In this document: positions 1-9,051 of the stretch, piece by piece | How the letters are laid out: the number at the start of each line of letters is the position of its first letter | Position numbering within the stretch: the first letter of the stretch is position 1 | NCBI GenBank assembly: GCA_048939465.1 | Contig: JBHLPL010000003.1 | Location: forward strand, 1-32,000 | Reading direction: 5' to 3' | Source: Promethearchaeota archaeon | Lineage (GTDB): Archaea > Asgardarchaeota > Odinarchaeia > Odinarchaeales > JBHLKK01 | Length of the DNA: 32,000 nt | Translations under genes and position numbers: made by a program | The notes under the pieces: generated by a model | Database searches by the model: none | The model's input: only the letters and a program-made list of their open reading frames with translations | Told to the model about the DNA's origin: nothing

Positions 1-117
1 ATCCTGAGACAGCTACTCCAACTTCTTTTTTTGACATATATCTTTCACCAACCTTGCTTTCATTTTGATTAAAGCGTCCCCTTATTGAAAAAAGGTCATA
101 TTTAAGAATTCTTATGC

Positions 118-2364
118 TTATCTTGGGAGTAATCTGCCATGCTTTGCGCTTTTGATTCGGTCGAGCGATATGCTTGCGCTCGCACGGAGCGTGGGATTTT
201 TATCCCTCAGCATTTCCTCAAGTAGAGGAATTGCCTCAGTAACGGCACCAGGATTGATGCCCCCTAATCTTCCTAAAGCTACGATGGACTTCCATCTTAC
301 GAGGGTTTCACTGTCTTTAATAGCTTTGATTAGCAAAGGTGTTACAAGACTTGATGTTGACGTTTTCGTTCCGATTTTGCTTAGAATCGTACATATCTCT
401 CCACGTGTAAAAGAATCGGCGTCGTCAAACATATCTATTAATGAAGGGATGATAGTGTTCGGTTTAACCATCCCGATCTCGACCAGAGATGCAGAGACAA
501 CATCAGAGACAACGGGATCCGTTCCAAATTTCATTAACAATTGGGGTGTGAAATCATCTATTAAATCAGGTTTGGCACTCCCTATCCGGCCAAGAGCTTC
601 TATAGCGCAACGACGCAATTCCGGATTCTTGTGATTGAGCGCGTCCATTATCGGATCCATTGCTTCAATCACTGCATCAGGATTTACATTTCCTATTTTG
701 CCTACGGCCTCTATTGCCCGACAGCGTACAGAGATATATTTATGTTTCAATGATTTCATCAGCATAGGCGTGATCTTGCTAATACTAGAGGGTGTTGGTT
801 CCTTAGTCTCAGAAGAGGGTGGTAATTTTGTTATTGTACGTTGCTTCCGCCTGAATAATCTTGCAATTGGGGAAATGAAATGAGTGATTGAACCGGGTAA
901 TCTGGTGCCAATCTTATCAATAGTTTCAACAGTATGCCAACGAACGGAGGAGTGCTTGCGTCTAATCATTTCAATCAGAGGTGCCAACGCCCTAATCACG
1001 GCGTCAGGTCTCTCATTCCCGATCCTATTTAGGACTTCAATGGCAGGCCAGTTTGATGTAGAATCATCCATTAGCTCTTCAGTCAACAACGGTGCAACAA
1101 CTTCAGGCTTGGACTTTCCGATTACATGTAGCGCGTTAATGACCATCCTCTGCTCCAGAGAATCAGGACTCCTCAGCCTTTCGATCAAAAGAGGAACTGT
1201 TTCAATAAAGGGCCCAGGATTGATTTTAGCCACTCTGCCAAGTATATAAATCGCTCTTCTGCGAATGGATGGCTTATCCTTGAGTGCCCCCATCAGGTTC
1301 GGTGAAGCATTTATGATTGCTTCAGGTTTGATGTTTGAAATCCAGGCCAAGACTTCTATCGCACTTCGGCGAAGCGGCAGATATTTATCATCTAGAAAAC
1401 GTGCTATCAAAGGGATTGCGTCGGCCACTAATCCAGGCTCGATAAAACTTATTCTTTTCAAAGTCTCGACTACTCTTAGGAGTTTCTTAGAATCCTTTAT
1501 TCTTAGAGCTTGTTTCAAAATCGATACGCTACCAACTACGCCGTAGAATTCAGGGAATACTCTTGAAAACCAGTAGATAAATACTTCAGAGGCCCAGGAA
1601 AAGACTTCAGTCATAGCTCTCCAAACGAGCGAGGGGCCCCTTCGATTCGCAATCTCAGAGATATATCTTATCTGTTTATAGTTTTTTAGGCCCCTGAGTA
1701 ATAGTTTCCATTGTGCTTCATCATCCCTAAAACTCCTTTGTGATAGCTCCTCTAGACGATACCTAGCCGTCCTTAATTCATCTTGGAATTTGAAGGGGTC
1801 CTCGAGTTTTTCATATATTACAAACCTAGACTTGCCTTTTCTACTCCACCATTTGGTAAGAACATCGTCGGTCAGCTTTTTCAGGGATACGTTTTCCGTC
1901 CCCATTCCATCATGTGGATCAAAGGAATGCCACACATGCGTTATTTGGAATTTCGGCTTAACTCCTTTGAAGAACTTTTTGTGATCGGGGTTTTTTGGAG
2001 ATATATACCCTACGGAATAATGTAGGTCATCATAATATACCTCATCCACATCCCCTTTTTTGCTTAGGAAACAGAATATCGGTTCATAGTCGAATGAGTG
2101 ACAAAGCCAAGGAAGGAAAGGAACATGTTGAAAATCCCAGTAGTAGATATACTGTATGCACATTCTGTTATTACGGGCATCTTTTACTATTCTATAGTAA
2201 ACTGCCTCCAGATTCGCCTCGTCACCCTCCAGATTAGAATGAATTAGAGGTAAATGCTTTCTAGCAAAACGGTCATCAAAATAAACCTCATAGTTTCTAC
2301 CGGCCACATCCTCAATGCTGTAGCGATTCTCTCCGACCAGAGGTCCGTCTGTATCCCTTTCCAT
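118..2364 (-). CDS. HEAT-repeat protein (748 aa) with an uncharacterised N-terminal globular domain
   Basis: The C-terminal ~450 aa has recurring HEAT-like motifs (RRSAIEVLAWI, RRRAIYILGRV, RCRAIEAVGKIG, RRCAIEALGRIG, RWKSIVALGRLG). The N-terminal ~230 aa is non-repetitive and aromatic/His-rich (IQYIYYWDFQH...CHSFDYEP). Confidence 0.85.
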   Translation of the reverse strand: MERDTDGPLVGENRYSIEDVAGRNYEVYFDDRFARKHLPLIHSNLEGDEANLEAVYYRIVKDARNNRMCIQYIYYWDFQHVPFLPWLCHSFDYEPIFCFLSKKGDVDEVYYDDLHYSVGYISPKNPDHKKFFKGVKPKFQITHVWHSFDPHDGMGTENVSLKKLTDDVLTKWWSRKGKSRFVIYEKLEDPFKFQDELRTARYRLEELSQRSFRDDEAQWKLLLRGLKNYKQIRYISEIANRRGPSLVWRAMTEVFSWASEVFIYWFSRVFPEFYGVVGSVSILKQALRIKDSKKLLRVVETLKRISFIEPGLVADAIPLIARFLDDKYLPLRRSAIEVLAWISNIKPEAIINASPNLMGALKDKPSIRRRAIYILGRVAKINPGPFIETVPLLIERLRSPDSLEQRMVINALHVIGKSKPEVVAPLLTEELMDDSTSNWPAIEVLNRIGNERPDAVIRALAPLIEMIRRKHSSVRWHTVETIDKIGTRLPGSITHFISPIARLFRRKQRTITKLPPSSETKEPTPSSISKITPMLMKSLKHKYISVRCRAIEAVGKIGNVNPDAVIEAMDPIMDALNHKNPELRRCAIEALGRIGSAKPDLIDDFTPQLLMKFGTDPVVSDVVSASLVEIGMVKPNTIIPSLIDMFDDADSFTRGEICTILSKIGTKTSTSSLVTPLLIKAIKDSETLVRWKSIVALGRLGGINPGAVTEAIPLLEEMLRDKNPTLRASASISLDRIKSAKHGRLLPR

Positions 2365-2497
2365 TTCAACTCACGAGTAGGAAGGCATAGACGCCTATTA
2401 AGTATTATCGTCTCACGAGGATATGGCCCTCTTAGAAAGCAAACGTGCAACAAATGCAAAAATCACGGAACGAAGTTTCTATTGAGATATCTTGAAC

Positions 2498-2761
2498 CTA
2501 TTCGATTGCTTTGTATACCATATCGTTTGGTCTTGCTCGACCCACTATCTTGAGTCCGATGCTTTGTCCTGCTTTGGCAGCAGCCACATTCTCGTGCTCT
2601 ATTTGCATCGAGGCAACATTCTGCTCAATATCTGTGGTCGCTCCTTTTATTATAATCTTATCACCGACCGATACGGAATCCGTTAGTTTTATCACAGCAA
2701 CACTTATTTTTGAGAAGTAATGAGTCACCTTTCCAATTTCCTTCAACTCGTCATCTCCCAT
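2498..2761 (-). CDS. Small EF-Tu domain II-like beta-barrel protein ('translation elongation factor-like protein')
   Basis: EIGKVTHYFSKISVAVIKL...VGDKIIIKG...SMQIEH...AKAGQSIGLK matches this widespread ~85-aa archaeal family. Confidence 0.8.
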   Translation of the reverse strand: MGDDELKEIGKVTHYFSKISVAVIKLTDSVSVGDKIIIKGATTDIEQNVASMQIEHENVAAAKAGQSIGLKIVGRARPNDMVYKAIE

Positions 2762-2926
2762 GCAATTCCTCCCAGTTTTTGAGATATATACTACGTACAG
2801 GTTTTAGATTAATTTATCCTTTGTTATGATATACTGCCACCGGTTATATTATTCAAATGAATGGCTTTTAATATAAGAAGAAGAACCTATCCAAGATTAG
2901 AATTACACAAGAGTGGAGGATCTCAG

Positions 2927-3982
2927 ATGTTAGTCCCAAAAAACAAGATTATTAGTGGCGTCAAAACCATGTTTGAGATGAATATGAATGTGAAAGAAAA
3001 TGAAAAAGTCCTCATTTTGACTGATGAGCCTACCCCAGATCAATGGAGAATGTTCGACGAAAACAGGCTTATCGATATGATACAAAGAATATTCTTGGCG
3101 AAAATGGTATCTGACGTTGGGTCTGAGCTCTATGGCAAAGATGTGGATTTCCTGGTGTTTCCATCGCTTGGTAAGAGTGGAACAGAACCAACACAAGATA
3201 TCTCCAGCAAGATGCTAGAGTATGATGTTGTTATTGCCTTAACAACCTTCTCTCTATCCCACACAAAATCTAGAGCCGCAGTTTGCAAAAAAGGAGGACG
3301 ATTTGCATCTATGCCTACTTTTACACCCGATATGTTCTTTGAAGGAGGCCCTATGTCGGTAGATTACGATGCAATTGCTAAGGAGAGTATTGAGCTTGCA
3401 GAGATGGCGACCAAGGCTCGAAAGGCAAGAGTGGAAGGTCCTGACGGCACTCTAATCGAAATGGAATTAGGCAGGGAATTTGAACCAGATACAGGATTGT
3501 ATCGGAACCCGGGAGAGTGGGGAAATCTACCAGCTGGAGAGGCTTATGGGGCGCCCATGGAGGGAACTGCAAACGGGAAAATTGTGGTCCTTAAAGGATG
3601 GCATCCCAGACTGGAAGAGCCAATGATTGTTACGGTTAAAGACGGTCTAGCTGTAAATATTGAAGGAGGGGGGAGTGAAGGCGATTGGTATCGTCAACTT
3701 TTGTACATCGGAATGGAGATACCCGATGATAAGAAGGATCTAATAATGAGTAGGCGCAACATTGCAGAGCTAGGCATTGGAACGAATCCCAACGCAAAAC
3801 GGCCAGATATAATTCTGGAGGCAGAAAAGATCAAGGGAACCGTACACATCGCCATAGGCGATAATTCGCACTTTCCTGGCGGAAAAATCAGCTCAGATCT
3901 TCATCAAGACTTTGTGATACCTAATGCCAAACTTTGGCTTGATAATAATAAGATAATTGACAGCGAGAAGTTCAGACTTTAA
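2927..3982 (+). CDS. Aminopeptidase, thermophilic metalloprotease M29 / AmpS-like
   Basis: Motifs GNLPAGEAY, NIAELGIGTNP, EKIKGTVHIAIGDN and SDLHQD. Start reassigned to ATG 2927, which follows a GGAGG at 2915-2919 (ORF track starts at 2861). Confidence 0.85.
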   Translation: MLVPKNKIISGVKTMFEMNMNVKENEKVLILTDEPTPDQWRMFDENRLIDMIQRIFLAKMVSDVGSELYGKDVDFLVFPSLGKSGTEPTQDISSKMLEYDVVIALTTFSLSHTKSRAAVCKKGGRFASMPTFTPDMFFEGGPMSVDYDAIAKESIELAEMATKARKARVEGPDGTLIEMELGREFEPDTGLYRNPGEWGNLPAGEAYGAPMEGTANGKIVVLKGWHPRLEEPMIVTVKDGLAVNIEGGGSEGDWYRQLLYIGMEIPDDKKDLIMSRRNIAELGIGTNPNAKRPDIILEAEKIKGTVHIAIGDNSHFPGGKISSDLHQDFVIPNAKLWLDNNKIIDSEKFRL

Positions 3983-4032
3983 AACAATAGACCTAATGAG
4001 CCATCTTGAAAGTACCATCAATAGAAAAATAG

Positions 4033-4128
4033 TGGGCCCGCCGGGCTTCGATCCCGGGACCTTACCCGAAGTGTTCTCACTTTCTCGGTTATCAGCCGAG
4101 CGCTCTAACCAGGCTGAGCCACGGGCCC
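4033..4128 (-). tRNA. tRNA-Ile(GAT) with a ~21-nt intron in the variable region (best fit 43/44, 4063-4083)
   Basis: Acceptor GGGCCCG/CGGGCCC, D-stem GCTC/GAGC, anticodon arm CTCGG-CTGATAA-CCGAG, T-arm CCGGG-ATCGAAG-CCCGG. Removing AAAGTGAGAACACTTCGGGTA restores the variable region AGGTC. The BHB-like fold is relaxed and CCA is not encoded. Confidence 0.9.
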
Positions 4129-4195
4129 TTTTGCTGCCTGATTTTTTATGTTTTGACGGCTTTTTATCTTTTTGGTTATTGCTCGAAGGAATCAT

Positions 4196-4298
4196 TGGTG
4201 GACCGGAGGGGATTTGAACCCCTGGCTTGCGGTCTCCTGCTAGTTGCAGTGACTCTCCGCCTTGCGAAGACGGCGATCTTCCACTGATCTACCGGCCC
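4196..4298 (-). tRNA. tRNA-Ala(CGC) with a 28-nt intron at 45/46 (4227-4254)
   Basis: Acceptor GGGCCGG/CCGGTCC with G3:U70, anticodon arm CCGTC-TTCGCAA-GGCGG, T-loop TTCAAAT, encoded CCA. A GCGG/CCGC central helix with two 3-nt bulges gives the mature variable region AGGCC. Confidence 0.93.
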
Positions 4299-4326
4299 TG
4301 AGCCTTCCTTAACTAAAGAACCTACG

Positions 4327-6822
4327 TCAAGAGACTATGTAGATATATGGATGTTGTATCGATTCAGATTTAAAGACTAAGGTGTATTTCTCCTTTTTAG
4401 GTGGTTCTTGATCCCAATCTTGGTCCGGTCTATCGGAAAACGTTTGAGAGTCTTCCGGAGGGAAAAAGTCTAGAGTTTTGATGTTGTGCATGTTTTTAAG
4501 ATCTCTTTTGAATGGAGAGAGTTCTTCTGGTGCGTGCACGGCTGTGATCGGTGCGTTCAGGGCTATTCTCCGTGCTTTTTTAAATGACCAGATGGCGCTG
4601 TTAAATTCTGTAAATAGATCACTGAGCTGCAATATGGGCAACTCCCATTCTGAGCTGGGTTGAGGAAATTGCGTCGTATGAATGCTTTCTCCCTTAGAAT
4701 ACAGCTGTTGATATATTTTTTCCGTCATGAAGGGACATATAGGTGCTAGAAGTTTCAGAATTGTTTTGAGAACCATATGAAGCGTGTACCATGCCCCGTT
4801 CTGTAGCTCCGTGGAAAATTGTCCATTACGATTGTAGCATCTAGGTTTTACAGACTCTATGAAGTGAGACGCAAAGAAGTCCCAAGTGAAGGAGCGCACG
4901 CTAGTTGCCGGGGGTTGAAAATCTAAACCCTCATATCCTTGGATACATCGTCGAATGGTTTCGTTTAGTTTGGCCAAAACAAGACGATCAGTATCTGTGA
5001 ATTCATACCCATCCTGAGGTACTGGAAACGTCGATACGAACCTTGCAACGTTCCAAAGTTTAGTTAGGAATTTGAATGCCCCATTTAGCCGTTCTTCTGA
5101 GCAACGTATATCACTTCCAATACTTGCTTCCAGAGAATGAAATAGTCGGATGGCATCAGAACCGTATTTCTTAATGATGGGTTTAGGAGGTATTGTGTTT
5201 CCTAATGATGTGTGCATAGCTCTTCCTTCAGCATCAAGTACCATTCCACCAAGCCATATATTCTTGAATGCTGGTTTTTTCAGCAGTTGAAATGTTCTAA
5301 GTAAGCTGTAATATAGCCATGTTCGAACTATATCCTTCGCTTGAGTTCGTATGGAACAGGGGAACGCACGTTTGAAAAACCCTTCATCTCGCATGTAGGA
5401 TAGAATCTGAAGTTGACTTATTCCAGAGTCAAACCAGGTGTCGAACGTTCTCTCTTCGCCTACGAATTCACTGCTATCACAATACGGGCATTTGTCAAAT
5501 GGCGGTGGGTCTTTCCAAGGCTGATAATATTCTCCCGGTGGAGGTACTATTGGTTTATGACATTTCTTGCAGTACCATAAAGGAATCTCGTCTCCGTAGT
5601 ATCTTCTTCTGCTTATAGGCCAGTCCACGGTTATCGATTCTAACCAGTTTAGGAATATTTGTTTATGCTTTTTAGGGAACCATTTGATTTTTGACTCGAT
5701 TTTTCTAAGGTCTTCTTTGTAATCGAGTTGTTTCAAATAATATTCGGGCATAGCTACGAACTCTATCGGGTTTCCGGAACGCCAACATGTAGGCGTCCTA
5801 TGAATGGTCTTTTCTTGTTTGACAATGAGATCGCTTGCCTTTAGGTCTTCGATTATAGCATGCTTTGCTTCTCTTACGGTCATTCCAGCATACTTTCCAG
5901 CAGCCTTAGTCATCTTTCCATCAGGTGATATTGCAGCAATAGGTTCGAGTGCTAAATCCCTGAAAAGGCGTACGTCTGTGTAGTCACCATAGGAGCATGT
6001 CATTACTGCGCCAGTTCCAAACTCCATTCTTGCCTCACGATGAGGAATAATCGGGACCCTTATATCATACAATGGTACGATGGCAGTTTTATCGTGAAGG
6101 TGTCTATATCTTTCATCATCCGGATGTACCATCACAACTGCACAGGCAGGCAGTAGCTCTGGGCGTGTGGTTGCTATAACAAGATCTTCTCCGGTTTCTA
6201 GAACCCTGAATTTGATATAGACAAGATGTATCTCTTCTTCTTTGTATTCGATCTCCGCATCCGCAATTGTGGTATTACAAACTGGACACCAGTTATTAGG
6301 TCTTGTATCAACATATACTTGTCCTCTGTTCCATAATTCGATGAATGTTGCTTGGGTTATTCTTCTGTATTCAGGGCTATCTGTTCGGTATATGTCTTCA
6401 TGTTCAAAGGAGCTACAGCTTAGACCAAGACGTTCAAATAACCAAATGATTTCTTTTTCGTGTTTGTCGAGGAATTGTCGACATAGCGAGAGGAATTCCT
6501 CTCTTGGCGTTTCACGCATGGTTATTTTGAATTCTTTCTCAACCGAGACCTCTACAGGAAGTCCATTCCTGTCTATTCCGAGAGGAAACAGGACTTCAGA
6601 ACCGCACATCCGTTTATACCTAGCAATTACATCTATCTGGGAGTAGTGTATTACACGATGAAAAGCTAGCGTTCCAGACGGATAGGGAGGGGGTGTATCG
6701 ATAGAAAATATCGGTTTTTCTGTTTTCTTATCAAAAGCATATGTTTTTTTCTTTCTCCAAGAATGCATGATCTCTTCTTCGAGGTTAGGAATCCATCTTT
6801 TTTCCTTTAACTTTGGTCTCAT
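4327..6822 (-). CDS. valS: Valyl-tRNA synthetase homolog, archaeal type, with degenerate HIGH and KMSKS motifs
   Basis: SIDTPPPYPSG, HYSQID, GIDRNGLPVE, editing-domain motifs ATTRPELL and GTGAVMTCSYGD, DWPISRRRYYG, FDTWFDS, R..GA.KFLTKLWN. The HIGH position reads AFHR and the KMSKS position reads AMHTS. Confidence 0.9.
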   Translation of the reverse strand: MRPKLKEKRWIPNLEEEIMHSWRKKKTYAFDKKTEKPIFSIDTPPPYPSGTLAFHRVIHYSQIDVIARYKRMCGSEVLFPLGIDRNGLPVEVSVEKEFKITMRETPREEFLSLCRQFLDKHEKEIIWLFERLGLSCSSFEHEDIYRTDSPEYRRITQATFIELWNRGQVYVDTRPNNWCPVCNTTIADAEIEYKEEEIHLVYIKFRVLETGEDLVIATTRPELLPACAVVMVHPDDERYRHLHDKTAIVPLYDIRVPIIPHREARMEFGTGAVMTCSYGDYTDVRLFRDLALEPIAAISPDGKMTKAAGKYAGMTVREAKHAIIEDLKASDLIVKQEKTIHRTPTCWRSGNPIEFVAMPEYYLKQLDYKEDLRKIESKIKWFPKKHKQIFLNWLESITVDWPISRRRYYGDEIPLWYCKKCHKPIVPPPGEYYQPWKDPPPFDKCPYCDSSEFVGEERTFDTWFDSGISQLQILSYMRDEGFFKRAFPCSIRTQAKDIVRTWLYYSLLRTFQLLKKPAFKNIWLGGMVLDAEGRAMHTSLGNTIPPKPIIKKYGSDAIRLFHSLEASIGSDIRCSEERLNGAFKFLTKLWNVARFVSTFPVPQDGYEFTDTDRLVLAKLNETIRRCIQGYEGLDFQPPATSVRSFTWDFFASHFIESVKPRCYNRNGQFSTELQNGAWYTLHMVLKTILKLLAPICPFMTEKIYQQLYSKGESIHTTQFPQPSSEWELPILQLSDLFTEFNSAIWSFKKARRIALNAPITAVHAPEELSPFKRDLKNMHNIKTLDFFPPEDSQTFSDRPDQDWDQEPPKKEKYTLVFKSESIQHPYIYIVS

Positions 6823-7105
6823 ACGGGATCCACTCTCTCCAATTGCAATATAGATAGATGCAATTCACTGTTGATCTGTTTGATTGGTGAGGAATTTACT
6901 GTTCTTTGGGTTTTATATACCATTTTTGAGGAAGATTTAGATAAAAGCAGTTCTTGCCTTGCAGGGGCTACTAACAAAACAAGCCCTCCGCAGCGCCTCC
7001 TTCCTTACCTCCAAACCCTCTCACCTAGAACAAATCAAGATTATACATGAAATTGCTATATTGCTATATATCTTTTTCTTTTTCTGATAATCGACATCAA
7101 GGAGA

Positions 7106-7282
7106 TTAGGGGCCCTCAAAATCACATTTAGGGCACTTATACGTATTCCCAAATAGTCTGCACTTCTTGCATCGCCATATCGTCACTTCCCCACAGTTGG
7201 GACAAGGAAAGTGAACTGCAGGTTCATCCGGAGCTACAATACGCCCACAATCTGTGCATATCGGAGTCTCTATGCCTTCCAT
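7106..7282 (-). CDS. DUF1610 / HVO_2753-type Zn-ribbon protein (COG2888), 58 aa; not in the ORF track
   Basis: Manual translation: MEGIETPICTDCGRIVAPDEPAVHFPCPNCGEVTIWRCKKCRLFGNTYKCPKCDFEGP*, with four CxxC pairs and the FEGP terminus typical of the family. Confidence 0.92.
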   Translation of the reverse strand: MEGIETPICTDCGRIVAPDEPAVHFPCPNCGEVTIWRCKKCRLFGNTYKCPKCDFEGP

Positions 7283-7397
7283 TTGTATTCCTCGTTTAAG
7301 GTCGGTATAACCCCTAGAAAGTTAGAGTATTATTTAAACTTTTCAGGGGAAAGTGTTTGACTCATAGTGATATTCTTTCCAAGGGTTTTGGCAGGAA

Positions 7398-8621
7398 TCA
7401 GAATATAAGCGCCCGAACTAACGAGGGCAGAACTGTCAGAACGAACTTTGGATTCTTCAACATCCTAAGTAAAACTCTCGATTGAAGATCTATGTCTCCG
7501 TAGTATTCAATAGTATCGATCAGTTTCTCCTTCATGATTTGGAAGATCTTCTCAAGCTGTCTGTCTGACAATTGATTCAAGCATCTCCTGGCCCACAGCG
7601 CTGCGAAGAACTCCCAGCCAAGTTTCTTTTTCCATTCAAGTTCATAATTCCTTAGATTTGCTTCCGATGTATCCTCACTTGAAACGGACCTGGCCGCTAT
7701 CATTCCAGCTATCTGGGCGCACAATCCGCCTGTTATGACGCCTCCACCAGTCGTAGGTTTTGCTTGGCCGGCAGCATCTCCGACGACAATTAAGTTGTCA
7801 GCGTATGTTTTGGGTATTGGTCCACCAGTCAGAACCAGACCCGCTTTCTTTTGCTTAATCTCGGATTTCTCAAATTTCTTAGAGACAATCGGGAGTCTAA
7901 TAAAACGCTGCAAGAGTTTATGAGCGGTAACACCTCTCATTACTTTAGAGGCAAGACCTACTCGTGCAGTATCTTCACCGGTGGGGATTACCCACGCAAA
8001 AAAACCGGGGGCAACATTTTTGCCTAAGTAAATTTCAACAAAATCAGGATCTATATCTCTGGTATCAATGATCTCAAACTGTAGGGCCGGTAAAATCATA
8101 GATCTTTCTGGCGGTTTTAGTCCCATATTTTTCACTAATCCAGCTTTAACTCCTTCTGCGTCTATCACAACATTCGCGCGTATTTGACTATTATCGCCTG
8201 TGCACAGCAGAAGTCTTTTTCCATACCTTCTCATACGGAGGACCCTTGTATCAAGCAAAAGAGTTGCACCGGAATCTACTGCCTTTTTAGCCAGCCTCTT
8301 GTCTAGAATCTCTCGATCTATAACATAAGCCTGTTTGAGCTGGCGTTTTACCAAGAAGAGATTCCCCGAGGGAGAATAGAATTTTGCCCCTCTAACTACA
8401 TTCTGAACGCATTTTGGAGGGATCTCCATTTTCAGTCTTTTAATTCCGTCCACACTCAACAGGCCAGCGCAGTGCGTAGGAATACCGACATCTGAATGTT
8501 CTTCGATAATTGCAACGTCTAGGCCAGTTGACGCAATCTTTTGAGCAGCCATCGTACCCGAGGGGCCTGCTCCTACAACTGCAGCCTGAAAATCGATACT
8601 ATCCATAAAGGCAAACCTCAT
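7398..8621 (-). CDS. Geranylgeranyl reductase family (digeranylgeranylglycerophospholipid reductase)
   Basis: FAD motif VVGAGPSG, PTHCAGLLS, APGFFAWVIP, VGDAAGQAKPTTGGG. Confidence 0.88.
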   Translation of the reverse strand: MRFAFMDSIDFQAAVVGAGPSGTMAAQKIASTGLDVAIIEEHSDVGIPTHCAGLLSVDGIKRLKMEIPPKCVQNVVRGAKFYSPSGNLFLVKRQLKQAYVIDREILDKRLAKKAVDSGATLLLDTRVLRMRRYGKRLLLCTGDNSQIRANVVIDAEGVKAGLVKNMGLKPPERSMILPALQFEIIDTRDIDPDFVEIYLGKNVAPGFFAWVIPTGEDTARVGLASKVMRGVTAHKLLQRFIRLPIVSKKFEKSEIKQKKAGLVLTGGPIPKTYADNLIVVGDAAGQAKPTTGGGVITGGLCAQIAGMIAARSVSSEDTSEANLRNYELEWKKKLGWEFFAALWARRCLNQLSDRQLEKIFQIMKEKLIDTIEYYGDIDLQSRVLLRMLKNPKFVLTVLPSLVRALIF

Positions 8622-8688
8622 GATAGATTTTTAAGTTCTTCTTCAAAACTCTTACTCTGTAGAAGTCCATCAGTGAGAGGTATCTCGA

Positions 8689-9051
8689 TTGGTAGAATTT
8701 GAGTATAAGCAGGTTATTGTGGTACGTGCGGATTTGAAAATGTCTATCGGAAAAACCTCTGTTCAAGTAGCCCATGCTTCCGTTACCGCAGCTGAAGATG
8801 CAAGGAAAAACCGACGCAAATGGTGGAAAACTTGGATTTCTGAGGGGCAGAGAAAAATAGCTGTCAAAGTAGATTCTTTGGAGGAATTACTCGCTTTGGA
8901 GGACAAAGCCAAGGCATTAACCATACCACATGCCCTCATCACCGACAAAGGACTCACTGAGGTTCCTCCAGGCACTACGACCGCTTTAGGTATAGGCCCT
9001 GCCCCAAATGACATAATGGACAGGGTCACAGGAGGACTTCCTCTAATGTGA
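8689..9051 (+). CDS. pth2: Peptidyl-tRNA hydrolase, archaeal/Pth2 type
   Basis: YKQVIVVRADLKMSIGK...QVAHAS, GQRKIAVKV, ITDKGLTEVPPGTTTALGIGP; TTG start. Confidence 0.95.
   Translation: MVEFEYKQVIVVRADLKMSIGKTSVQVAHASVTAAEDARKNRRKWWKTWISEGQRKIAVKVDSLEELLALEDKAKALTIPHALITDKGLTEVPPGTTTALGIGPAPNDIMDRVTGGLPLM

Noticed and set aside
152-2237. Series of plus-strand ORFs opposite the HEAT-repeat gene, and similar shadow ORFs elsewhere (e.g. 27481-28401, 3893-4217, 22272-22636)
   Set aside because: They are antisense shadows of well-supported genes or tRNAs, with no protein-like motifs.
6969-7028. TACTAAC followed by a pyrimidine tract and TAG, resembling a spliceosomal branch point and 3' splice site
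   Set aside because: No interrupted ORF or 5' splice site, and the host is an archaeon; consistent with chance.
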